A stretch of 54,430 bases of DNA from a virus (Duplodnaviria; Caudoviricetes), in IMG/VR virus record IMGVR_UViG_3300050011_000409, positions 1 through 54,430 of that record. One strand, 5' to 3'. The position numbers were made by a program, and so were the translations under genes. Every line of letters begins with the position of its first letter. The first letter of the stretch is position 1. Below the pieces are notes generated by a model. The model did no database searches. It saw nothing but the letters and a program-made list of their open reading frames with translations, and was not told the origin of the DNA. This document shows positions 43,401 to 51,717 of this stretch, piece by piece.

Positions 43401-44883
43401 TCATATTCCGGTTTGAATCATGACTCGGATGATTTCTTGCGCCACTTGTGGGACTATCGCGTTTCCCAGCCCGCGCAGGCGGTGTGCCCGATTGGGTATC
43501 CCATCAGCCACTCGTGGTGTTCCTACTTCCCATCCGTCACCCCAAGGTAAAGTTGAGGCATCTTGCCAGCGGGACATTTGCCATGCCTTTTGGCTGTGCT
43601 GTGCCAGAAGTCGTGACAGGGTTTGCAAAGTGTCTGGATATTCTCCGGCGCATTGTTGCTGATGTTTTGATCGAGATGATGCGCGTGAAGGCTTGTGGCC
43701 TGTCCGCAGGCTTCGCACGCCGCCTTTAAGTGTTTCCGCGCCCGATAGTGAAAGGTGCTCCAATGTTGTGCTGTTTTCTTCGAGCTTCCGCAAGAATGAG
43801 AGCAGTATTTCATCCGCAGAAATACGCTCCGATCTTCCAGCCGTCCATTGAACACCTTCCGCTTCAATTCCATTCCGCAAAAGCCGCAGAATTTCTTCGG
43901 GTCTGATTTTCTTTTTCTCCCCATACAATGAAATCATTCTATGGGATTCCACAAGCATTGTCAATCCACGTTTGTCCAACCGGGAGGATAACCCATCAGG
44001 GCGCAAACCCACTCCGGATTCAGGCTCCCACCGATTTCCGCATTCAGCAGTTTCGTGTTCCGCTCCATTTGCGATGGCGCGCCGTTGTTCTTCGCATCCT
44101 GCGCTGTTGGTGTCGGCCACAGCATCACCTCCCGAAGATTGCTCGGCTTGTTTTTTCGGTTGCGTTTGTCCGCTATCATTGCCTTGAGACTTTCTATTGA
44201 GCGCGGCGGCGTGCCGTCCTTCGTGTTCGGAGTCGGCCACAATTTCCCCGGCGCCCAGTTCGTTCGAGCCACTTCCGCTGTGGTCTTCGGCCCGTTGGTG
44301 TTCGCGTTTTTGTTTGGTGCCTGGTTTGAGGTCGGTGTTGGCACCAAGTATCCAAACCCTGTCTCGTCGGTGTCTGGCATCCACGGCGCAAGCCGGAATA
44401 ACAAGCGGCCACGCGGCGTAGCCGAGATTTTCCAAGTCAGAAAGCACACGGTCGAGTTCCATCGTGACGATTCCAGCAACATTCTCACCCAAGACGTAAG
44501 TGGGTTTTGACTCCGCAATAACGCGGCACATTTCAGGCCAGAGATGGCGGTCATCTTCCTTGCCCCTTCGCTTCCCGGCGACACTGAATGGCTGGCAAGG
44601 AAATCCCCCTGTGACAAGGTCGGCAGGGACGTTTCGTATATTTCGGATGTCTCCATAATTTTTGATTTCAGGCCAGTGCTTTTTCAGCACGGCGCATGAG
44701 TAAGGTTCGATTTCACTAAAGCCGATTGTTTTGAATCCGGCGGACGCCGCAGCCAGAGCGAAGCCGCCAATGAATCCCAGAGAACAGGTCTAGGTGAGTA
44801 GGCTTGTTCTCTGGGATTATGGAACCCCCTTTCTCTGTTGACTGTGACGCATTTTGAATTATATTTGTTCTATGGATGCTCAT
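43401..44883 (-). CDS. C5 cytosine DNA methyltransferase alpha subunit; motif I is split by a +1 frame change at 44772
   Basis: HLDLFSGI in the frame from ATG 44883; IGGFALAA, EIEPY, GDIR, GGFPCQPFS, ENV, HRRDRVWI and GNAIVPQ in the next frame. Confidence 0.85.
43523..43924 (-). CDS. HNH endonuclease nested in an alternative frame inside the methyltransferase gene
   Basis: CGFCG, KYCSHSC, CEACG..LHAHHLDQNISNNAPENIQTLCKPCH. Confidence 0.85.
   Translation of the reverse strand: MGRKRKSDPKKFCGFCGMELKRKVFNGRLEDRSVFLRMKYCSHSCGSSKKTAQHWSTFHYRARKHLKAACEACGQATSLHAHHLDQNISNNAPENIQTLCKPCHDFWHSTAKRHGKCPAGKMPQLYLGVTDGK
43936..43964 (-). promoter_or_regulatory. Near-consensus sigma70 promoter for the nested HNH
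   Basis: TTGACA-17-TAGAAT, 11 nt before ATG 43924; the -35 overlaps the beta-subunit stop. Confidence 0.75.
43961..44656 (-). CDS. Methyltransferase beta subunit (PTP repeats + motif IX-like) overlapping alpha in the +1 frame
   Basis: LVPTPT, LWPTPN, LWPTPT, then LNPEWVCALMGYPPGWT; alpha lacks motif IX. Confidence 0.78.
   Translation of the reverse strand: METSEIYETSLPTLSQGDFLASHSVSPGSEGARKMTAISGLKCAALLRSQNPLTSWVRMLLESSRWNSTVCFLTWKISATPRGRLLFRLAPWMPDTDETGFGYLVPTPTSNQAPNKNANTNGPKTTAEVARTNWAPGKLWPTPNTKDGTPPRSIESLKAMIADKRNRKNKPSNLREVMLWPTPTAQDAKNNGAPSQMERNTKLLNAEIGGSLNPEWVCALMGYPPGWTNVD
44773..44818 (-). promoter_or_regulatory. Perfect 14-bp stem-loop ending at the frame-change codon
   Basis: aatcccagagaaca (44773-86) / tgttctctgggatt (44805-18). 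Confidence 0.8.
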
Positions 44884-44884
44884 A

Positions 44885-45586
44885 TTAAACATTGCCGGGT
44901 TTCTGGTTGCCCGGAAAGCGTTTCGATATTTCTTCCAACGCCTCAACCAATTTCTGCTCGCGCAGATCCGCCTTCGCCAAAGCTTCAGCGTAAGCTAATC
45001 GCCAGCCACTTGGGTCTTTGGTTGCCTCGGCAAGTTCGCGCTCAAGTTGGCGGGCGAAATGCGCCCATTGTGTGCTTGGCGTATGGCTTGGTTCGTCAAA
45101 AAAAGCATCCGTCCTTGGCGTCGTCGTCGCAACTTCCCTATTGCTAGGTGGCTTTGGTGGATTTGGCGGCCCTGGAGGACGGTCATTTTTTGGTGGAATG
45201 TTTGGATTGACACGAAGCGACCGTATCATCGGCGTCGGTGTCGCGGCGTCGGCGATGTGTTTTACTATTGCAGCAATTCGCGGGTCGCTGCCAGTCATTT
45301 TCATTTCGCGATTGATGAAGGCGCACAGTTCGGCGTTTTCGCGCTGGCTGTAAAACAATTCCTTCTCCAATCCGCAAACGACACAGTTTCGCGCCAGCGT
45401 GCCGTGAATGCAATCGCGCGTCTGTCCCAGCGGGTGAAATTGCTGAACCCATTCGGTCGGTGTTTTGTCGTCGTTTTTCATAATGTTCATTTCATTGTGT
45501 GCTTTCTCGTCGGCGATTTGCTGCGCGCGGTCTTCGTCAACCGGCTCGCGAAGCGGTCCTGAAAACCTTGGCCAGTCCAGGCTCAT
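44885..45586 (-). CDS. Mosaic hypothetical protein
   Basis: CIHGTLARNCVVC, Pro-rich linker, TPRTD..FARQLEREL modules. Confidence 0.65.
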   Translation of the reverse strand: MSLDWPRFSGPLREPVDEDRAQQIADEKAHNEMNIMKNDDKTPTEWVQQFHPLGQTRDCIHGTLARNCVVCGLEKELFYSQRENAELCAFINREMKMTGSDPRIAAIVKHIADAATPTPMIRSLRVNPNIPPKNDRPPGPPNPPKPPSNREVATTTPRTDAFFDEPSHTPSTQWAHFARQLERELAEATKDPSGWRLAYAEALAKADLREQKLVEALEEISKRFPGNQKPGNV

Positions 45587-45807
45587 GTTTGTTCCTCGCA
45601 TTCTTCCAGAAGCGTCAGCATTTTTTCGCGGCTGATTGTGGGCACTGCTTTCTGGAAATACAACCAGAAGCCGTCTGGGTCTTTCTGGTGCGCCTCGACC
45701 GGGTGCGCCGAGCAGAACATTTCAAACGCGATTTGTTTGCACTGGTCTTCAGTTTCGTTGCCTGTCATTTCGATGAACATGGCCGTGCCTGATTGTTTCG
45801 AGCTCAT
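45583..45807 (-). CDS. Hypothetical protein
   Basis: Short stop/start overlaps on both sides. Confidence 0.6.
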   Translation of the reverse strand: MSSKQSGTAMFIEMTGNETEDQCKQIAFEMFCSAHPVEAHQKDPDGFWLYFQKAVPTISREKMLTLLEECEEQT

Positions 45808-46226
45808 TTTATTTGATCCAGGAATTCTTCAAAACTGAACACAACGAAATGTTTGTGGCCAAGTGCGAGCAGGACATGCTTGGTAACGGTCTGTTCTTTG
45901 TTCAGTTTTTCCCCCTCGCGCTTGCACTCCACCCAGAACGTGCGTGGTTGACCTACGTTCCCAGTCGGTGGCGCGGCGATGATAAAGTCCGTTACGCCAA
46001 GCTGTGTTGTGGTTGCCCTGTCCATTCGGCTGTGGACATAATACCATCGGCGCCGTTTCAGTTCGGCCTCAATTTGGTCGTGCAAATCGCTCTCGCGCTC
46101 AACCGGCTCGCCGGCGGACTGGTTGGGTGAGGCTTGAAATGGATTCCTGTCCCAAACGCCGGGACTGGTTTCGACGTAGCCCTTCGCCCGCATTTCCATA
46201 TCGAATGATTGTGGCGACTGGCTCAT
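45804..46226 (-). CDS. VRR-NUC domain nuclease
   Basis: ESDLHDQI, GVTDFII, WVECKREGEKLNKEQ. Confidence 0.85.
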   Translation of the reverse strand: MSQSPQSFDMEMRAKGYVETSPGVWDRNPFQASPNQSAGEPVERESDLHDQIEAELKRRRWYYVHSRMDRATTTQLGVTDFIIAAPPTGNVGQPRTFWVECKREGEKLNKEQTVTKHVLLALGHKHFVVFSFEEFLDQIK

Positions 46227-47998
46227 GTGAAAAATTCATCCGCCGCTCGCAGCGTCTCATTGTTTCGACCCACAATAACGCCGGCCGTTCGCAACGCTCC
46301 CAGGGCATTCTGTGTGCTGCCCGACCATTCGTATCCTGAAGTTTGTAAAAGTTCGTCGCGCGCCAGGCCGTTTGGGTTGTCAATCAAGCAGCGCAGCAAT
46401 GACCGCTCGCATTTCCCAAAGTGCGGGAAGGTAAGCCAGTAATTTCTGAATCCGTCGCCTTCAGGTAGTGGCTGGAAACTCCCGGAAGCCATTCCCGCTT
46501 CGGTGATTCTGATGAGACTGTTGTTTGCGCCTTCGACAAGTCCGAGCGACCGCAATTTTCCGAGCGCGTTTTGTGTGCTGCCGCTCCACGCATAGCCGGC
46601 GAGCAGAATCAATTTGCCGCGCGTGCAGCCTTCTGGATATTTGGCGACCACAGACAAAAGTGAACGCTCGCACTTGCCAAGTGGCGGATCAATGACTGGA
46701 AACTCGCCTCGATAGTCAGTGAATCCGTCGTCGCGTTTAAGTGGCAGGACTGGCCGGGGCGCGGCCGGCGCGATGAGTTTCGCCAGGCGTGTTTGCCCCG
46801 CTTCCTTTTGTGGCAACACCAAAAGTTTTCCGGCCAGCAGGTTCTTAAAAAAAACAAGCTCATCCCGCATTCCGTCCTTCGCAACAGAAAATAAATCCAT
46901 CAGGCTTCTGGCGGAATTGAATGTGGCGATAAATGTTTCGTGGGTGTCAATCAACTTCGTTAACCGCTTACGCTCGGCATCGGTCAACGCGGGAATGGTT
47001 TTTATTTCAACCGCTTGTGCAACTGGTTTTGAAATTTGCGGTTGTGCTTTAAGTTGAGTCTTCAGTGACCGTATCTCTTTCTTTAGCTCTAGGGGGTCGT
47101 TCTCCTTCGCTCTAGCTACTGTTGATTTTATCTGCTCGCCGAGTTTTTCCAAATCCACCAGAGCAACCTCTTTGGGTATCACAACCTGCTTGCCAACTTC
47201 AGGAGTAGAAGATGAATCAAATGTCCGGCGTTTTCGGATTTCAACTCGTTTGAAAATATCAAGCCATCCGGGAGACCAAAACCACGCTGTCCCGATTGGT
47301 AGTGATGCAAGGCTGTCGAAAAACTGTTCCTGCTTTGACTCTGAACCATGAACCTCAATCCACGCTTGCAACGCATCCCTGTCTTGTGGGGAGATGGTTC
47401 TCAATGCCACCAAGACCTCGATTTGTGTGAGCACATTCTTGTTGATGACCGCTGCCCGTTGGGTGATAAGCGTTACCCCCAGCCCGCGCGCTCGACCTCT
47501 GCGAACGATGTCCTCGAAGGCTCCGAGTAATCTTTCCTCACCCTTCATTGGTCGTTGTGGGGCAAATGCGTCAGCCTCGTCCACGAACAGGTGTAGCGGC
47601 TTTCGGTTAAGCCGATACAGTGTCTCCGCGAACGCTGTCATAAAACGAACCTGTGAGTTCTTCCGCAGTAGCGAGATGTCAAGGATGGCCGAGAATCCGT
47701 TTTCGACAACAGCACCGGCAATTATCTCGCCGGAATTTTCCTCAAGTGGAACATCTGCGCGTTCGCCACCAAACACAACAATGGGATAACCCGCACTCTT
47801 TCCATCAGCCGATGAGCGCAATCCCCACCAAACCCCAATTGGATCAGCTACAACGATCTGCTGTGATGCCTCCAGCATTTCCTCGGCCATCACTGCCCCA
47901 GTATAAGTTTTGCCAACCCCACGCTTGGCGAGAATAGCAAAGGTTTGAGTTACTGCCTCAAGTGGCAGGGAAAGAGAATGTGATATTTTTAATTGCAT
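46223..47998 (-). CDS. HerA/FtsK-like P-loop ATPase with two C-terminal winged-helix-like repeats
   Basis: AKRGVGKT, ADPIG, LFVDEAD, RRGRARGLG..ITQR; duplicated GKCERSLL..GYxWSGSTQNALGxLR. Confidence 0.85.
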   Translation of the reverse strand: MQLKISHSLSLPLEAVTQTFAILAKRGVGKTYTGAVMAEEMLEASQQIVVADPIGVWWGLRSSADGKSAGYPIVVFGGERADVPLEENSGEIIAGAVVENGFSAILDISLLRKNSQVRFMTAFAETLYRLNRKPLHLFVDEADAFAPQRPMKGEERLLGAFEDIVRRGRARGLGVTLITQRAAVINKNVLTQIEVLVALRTISPQDRDALQAWIEVHGSESKQEQFFDSLASLPIGTAWFWSPGWLDIFKRVEIRKRRTFDSSSTPEVGKQVVIPKEVALVDLEKLGEQIKSTVARAKENDPLELKKEIRSLKTQLKAQPQISKPVAQAVEIKTIPALTDAERKRLTKLIDTHETFIATFNSARSLMDLFSVAKDGMRDELVFFKNLLAGKLLVLPQKEAGQTRLAKLIAPAAPRPVLPLKRDDGFTDYRGEFPVIDPPLGKCERSLLSVVAKYPEGCTRGKLILLAGYAWSGSTQNALGKLRSLGLVEGANNSLIRITEAGMASGSFQPLPEGDGFRNYWLTFPHFGKCERSLLRCLIDNPNGLARDELLQTSGYEWSGSTQNALGALRTAGVIVGRNNETLRAADEFFT

Positions 47999-48456
47999 TG
48001 ATTCTTTCCCCTCCCGGTAAAATGGATTTTGGCATGTCGCACTCTGTCTGTTAATTGCAGATTGTTTGGTTTGTAATTATTCTTGTCCCCGTCTCTATGG
48101 TGAACAATGTCTTTGGGCGTGAGCCTTCTGCCAAATTTCCGTTCGGCAACAATTCTGTGGGCGTGTCGAGAACCGATTTTAGGATAGGACTTTCTGTGCT
48201 TGTTGTAATACTCCTTCCAACAATTCCAAGAACACCAAGACAATTTCCCGCGACGGGAAACTTCTGAATGACATCGAGAGAATTTTTTTACGCAGTTAGC
48301 ACAAACCAAATTCTCCTGCCGTCGCATTGCAAGCCCACGGCATTTCATTGAGCAATACTTTGTAGCCCCAGAATGCCGCAGCGTCTCTTTTGGCCTTCGC
48401 AAGAAGATTCGCCGGCACTTTTTACAGCGGAATTTTAAGCGCTTGACCCGGTTCAT
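47989..48456 (-). CDS. HNH homing endonuclease
   Basis: Cys motifs, HAHRIVAE..IVHHRDGDKNNYKPNNL; promoter TTGACA-17-TAGCCT-7-ATG. Confidence 0.88.
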   Translation of the reverse strand: MNRVKRLKFRCKKCRRIFLRRPKETLRHSGATKYCSMKCRGLAMRRQENLVCANCVKKFSRCHSEVSRRGKLSWCSWNCWKEYYNKHRKSYPKIGSRHAHRIVAERKFGRRLTPKDIVHHRDGDKNNYKPNNLQLTDRVRHAKIHFTGRGKNQCN

Positions 48457-48520
48457 TTGATTAAGGCTAACAATGAAGGCTTGTATTGTCAACTGCCAAG
48501 AAGGATTCTGTTTTTCATGT

Positions 48521-48604
48521 TCATTGCTGCCTCCAAGTCTTGAAGCCAATCAGGGCCAGCACAATCACTGTGAGCACGATGGCGATTGTTTCGTTGGCGG
48601 TCAT
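48521..48604 (-). CDS. 27-aa membrane peptide (MTANETIAIVLTVIVLALIGFKTWRQQ)
   Basis: Single hydrophobic helix; fills an operon gap. Confidence 0.45.
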   Translation of the reverse strand: MTANETIAIVLTVIVLALIGFKTWRQQ

Positions 48605-48616
48605 ATTTTTATCAAG

Positions 48617-48715
48617 TTAATCGGACGCGACCACGGCGCCGATGGCCGACAACAGGCCGGTCAAGGCTAATCCCGCCGTGCAGCTTTTGAATCTATCGTC
48701 GCGCCCGAAATTCAT
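48617..48715 (-). CDS. 32-aa hydrophobic peptide
   Basis: ATGA overlap with the primase-helicase stop. Confidence 0.4.
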   Translation of the reverse strand: MNFGRDDRFKSCTAGLALTGLLSAIGAVVASD

Positions 48716-50325
48716 ACTGGTTCAGTTGTCCGCTCGGTTATTAACATTTTTGCACCATCGAAATTGCATTTGACCCGCGTTCCGCTTCCGCCCTTTGTGG
48801 ATTTCAAAACCTTCAAGTGCATCAAGGTCGAATCATCCTTGTCGCGCCATGCACCGATAAGCAGCCCGCAGGAATTCTCAATCGAACCGCTTTCCTTTGC
48901 GGAATGCAACGCGATTTCCTTCGAGTCTTCCGTCGGTCTTCGCACCTGTGATGCCGCAATAATGATTGTCCGTGTCGTCTTGGCCAGCACTTTCAAACCC
49001 TCGGCTACATCTGAAATCCGCTCGCGCCGGTTCGCCCCGTCCGCGCCGACAAGTTGGAGGTAATCAATCAGGACGAGTTTCGGCTTGCAGCCCATTTTTA
49101 ATTCGCTTCGTAGGATGTAGTTTTCAAAGTCTGCCAGTGTCAATCTTGATTGCGTGCAAATGAAAAAGTTTCTGAACTCCACTCCAAGCCCTTCCCCGAT
49201 CACTTCGCCGCGCTGGTAGGCGGATTCAACATCTCGGCAATCCAGCCTGTATTGAGCCGCCACGGAACGCTCGAATAAAAGTTCGGGTGGCAGTTCCAAC
49301 TCAAACAGGAGCGTCGGAATTGGGCGTGCGCTCTTGGCGATGGCGGAGAGAATCCCAGTCTTGCCAGCGCCGGTGTCACCAATGAAGAAAACCAGTTCGC
49401 CAGGAATCAGTGGGCGGATGTATCGTCCCAGAGTCGGCAACCATTTCCCAAGATCAAATGAGTTTTGTGCCTGGCTTTGGATGAGCCGAAGATAATTCGG
49501 CTCGATCTCGCCCATTGTGTAAATCGGCAACTTGACGCCCTTGAAGAACGGGTGGGCATTTGAAAACAGTTCCTCGATGGCGGCTTTGGATTCGTTCTCG
49601 GATTTGAAAGAGGCGATGAAATCTGAAATGTCCTTCGTGGTCTTTGGCAGCTTGACGATTCGCACGGACTTCGCTTTGCCGCACACGGATTCAAAAACAA
49701 GGTCAACATGCTTTTGTCCCGGCTCGTCGGTGTCGCCGCAGATTACCACCTCCTTATCGCAAAGCGTTTCCGTGTAGGCGTCCAGCCACTTGCCCGCGCC
49801 GCCGACGTTGCACGTTGCGACAATCCCAAGTTCCGCCAGATTGTCCGCGTCTTTCTCGCCTTCAACGATCCACACAATCGGACTTTTCAAAACTTCGGGC
49901 AGGTGATAAATAAATCGCTCAACTCCGTCCATGCTCCAAATCCAATTCCCGTCCACTTGATGCCGCTGACGGAAGGATTTCGGCTTGAGCCTCACCACTT
50001 GATAGGCTTCCTGACCCGTGTGTTTTTGGTAGGAATAAATCTTTTCGATCACCGGCTTCTCGGTTGTCGCATGTGCGTTGCTGGCCGGGACAGCGAACGG
50101 CCTGGCCGGTTCTTCTGGGAATAGGTCTTTCATTTTCAATCCCAGTGCCGCCACAACGGATTCAGTCGGACAATTCGCAAAGCATTTCAAAAGAATTTTC
50201 CCGTCGCCTGCCCTGCGAACTTGGAGCGATGGGGATGAGTCGTCGTGGGCTGGACATCTTACCAGCCATCCGACGGCGGTTTTCTGCCGCTTCTCAAACT
50301 TGGCAATGAAGTCGTCGAAAGTCAT
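48712..50325 (-). CDS. Primase-helicase (Zn finger, TOPRIM, DnaB-like SF4 helicase)
   Basis: CPAHDD..CFANC, IVEGEKD, GDTDEPG, GDTGAGKT, LIDYLQL, ASQVRR, KESGSIE. Confidence 0.93.
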   Translation of the reverse strand: MTFDDFIAKFEKRQKTAVGWLVRCPAHDDSSPSLQVRRAGDGKILLKCFANCPTESVVAALGLKMKDLFPEEPARPFAVPASNAHATTEKPVIEKIYSYQKHTGQEAYQVVRLKPKSFRQRHQVDGNWIWSMDGVERFIYHLPEVLKSPIVWIVEGEKDADNLAELGIVATCNVGGAGKWLDAYTETLCDKEVVICGDTDEPGQKHVDLVFESVCGKAKSVRIVKLPKTTKDISDFIASFKSENESKAAIEELFSNAHPFFKGVKLPIYTMGEIEPNYLRLIQSQAQNSFDLGKWLPTLGRYIRPLIPGELVFFIGDTGAGKTGILSAIAKSARPIPTLLFELELPPELLFERSVAAQYRLDCRDVESAYQRGEVIGEGLGVEFRNFFICTQSRLTLADFENYILRSELKMGCKPKLVLIDYLQLVGADGANRRERISDVAEGLKVLAKTTRTIIIAASQVRRPTEDSKEIALHSAKESGSIENSCGLLIGAWRDKDDSTLMHLKVLKSTKGGSGTRVKCNFDGAKMLITERTTEPV

Positions 50326-50945
50326 GGAGCGCAGCCATGAAGCGGGTTTATGTGTTTAATTCCCGGCCTGCCGTTTTCCTCCCAATGGCGCTTCCAGTTT
50401 GCGCCCGCCGCCGTCCAAGATTTCATTGGATTTTTACCAACCTTCCATCCATTTGATTCGTAATAGTTGAAGAACTTTTCCGCCTCCGTCATTGGCAATC
50501 CTGATTTTGAAAAGAGTAGTTTTATTTCTTCCAGCGAGGGTTTTTGGAACTTGCCGGAAGCATCGGCGGCTTTTTCCCGGTGTCTAGCCACCCTGAGATT
50601 TACATCTGCTTTGGTTCTGATTGAGTCGTATTTTGTCCAGTTCAAAATTCTCCATGCCCAGTCCCGATGTGCGTCGAGCCGCTCAATTCTGCGGCCGTCG
50701 AACTCAGGGTCACGGCTGGCCGGGTCGGGGGCTTCCAGCTTTTCGATGGCGCCGTTCAACGTTTCTATCGGGCAGTTAAGTCGCCTTGAAAGAGCCTGTC
50801 GCGTCATGTCCACAACGCCGGTCTTATGTTCGGCCAGTTTCAAAAAGTCCTCAAACACATGGCGAACGGTGAAATCCTCCGCGATGGAGGAATCCAGTAT
50901 TTGCAGGAACACCCGCGAATATAGTTGGCTCATTTCTTTGTTCAT
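50322..50945 (-). CDS. Phage replication initiator/replisome organiser
   Basis: N-terminal wHTH-like domain (LEAPDPASR..GRRI), RVARHRE, C-terminal KPSLEEI..EKFFNYYESNGWKVGKNPMKSW; coupled to the primase-helicase. Confidence 0.78.
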   Translation of the reverse strand: MNKEMSQLYSRVFLQILDSSIAEDFTVRHVFEDFLKLAEHKTGVVDMTRQALSRRLNCPIETLNGAIEKLEAPDPASRDPEFDGRRIERLDAHRDWAWRILNWTKYDSIRTKADVNLRVARHREKAADASGKFQKPSLEEIKLLFSKSGLPMTEAEKFFNYYESNGWKVGKNPMKSWTAAGANWKRHWEENGRPGIKHINPLHGCAP

Positions 50946-50985
50946 TGTGGCTGAATTTATAACATTACCAACAAAAAAGTTTCAT

Positions 50986-51069
50986 TGTAACGGAATGTAA
51001 CGGGCACCGTTACCCCTCTGTATATGAGTCTGTATCTGTATTTGCTTGGAAAGGGGTGTGGGGAAAACC
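50986..51069. repeat. Putative replication origin (iteron-like repeats)
   Basis: tgtaacgg x2 at 10-bp spacing, inverted ccgttac, tctgta x3, G-rich tail; next to the initiator gene. Confidence 0.5.
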
Positions 51070-51073
51070 TTTT

Positions 51074-51397
51074 TCACGCCATTTCCTCCATTGCCTCACT
51101 GAATAGGCGATTGGCGACGATTTCCAGCCGCAGCGTTGGCACGTTCTTGAGAGAAAGCCGGATTGCGTCAATGATTTTGTCCGTTAATTCCTGACGCTCT
51201 TTGTGGCAGTTCTCGCAGAGAGTTTGATAAACGTCATCAGGATAATCCCATGGGTCGCGCCTGGCGTAAAGCAAGTGATGGACTTGAAGATTCGATTGCG
51301 AATCACCACAGGAACAGCATTGCCAGTTGTCGCGTTCGAGTATTTGAAGCCGTTTTTTTTGCCACTGCGGGCTGCGAAGTTTTTCCGTGTAGGTCAT
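51074..51397 (-). CDS. HNH endonuclease
   Basis: YTEKLRSPQWQKKRLQILERD..CCSCG..LQVHH..TLCENCH. Confidence 0.88.
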   Translation of the reverse strand: MTYTEKLRSPQWQKKRLQILERDNWQCCSCGDSQSNLQVHHLLYARRDPWDYPDDVYQTLCENCHKERQELTDKIIDAIRLSLKNVPTLRLEIVANRLFSEAMEEMA

Positions 51398-51502
51398 AAA
51401 TTATAAAATCATTTCGGGAAGGCTCTCATTTTCCGTGCGCGCTGTCAACAATTTTTTTTGCGCCCGCATTCCCGCCGGGCCTAAAATTTTGTAAAAAAAG
51501 AT

Positions 51503-51531
51503 TTGACACCACCATCGCGGACCGCTATAGT
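51503..51531 (+). promoter_or_regulatory. Strong sigma70 promoter, divergent from the replication-operon promoter (TTGACA at 51448-43, minus)
   Basis: TTGACA-17-TATAGT with an A/T-rich upstream tract. Confidence 0.75.
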
Positions 51532-51540
51532 CTCACCACC

Positions 51541-51693
51541 ATGAAGAATAAAAGCCTCAAATGCCTCCGCTGCGGCGCGACGTGGAAACCCCGCAAGAAG
51601 CGCGGACTGCCCCGGCGTTGTCCGGTCTGTTCGTCTCCCAGTTGGCAAAGCCGGCGCAGGAAACCGAGCAGGAAACTCCCGCGAAAAAAGTAA
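51541..51693 (+). CDS. 50-aa basic zinc-ribbon protein
   Basis: KCLRCGATW..PRRCPVCSSPSW; not in the ORF track. Confidence 0.7.
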   Translation: MKNKSLKCLRCGATWKPRKKRGLPRRCPVCSSPSWQSRRRKPSRKLPRKK

Positions 51694-51717
51694 TCGAACC
51701 ACCATCAACACAAAACC

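Noticed and set aside
43523-43960. Group I intron or intein carrying the nested HNH
   Set aside because: Almost no non-ORF sequence is available for a ribozyme core, there are no intein C/S...HN-C/S/T ends in the alpha frame, and the HNH is in a different frame.
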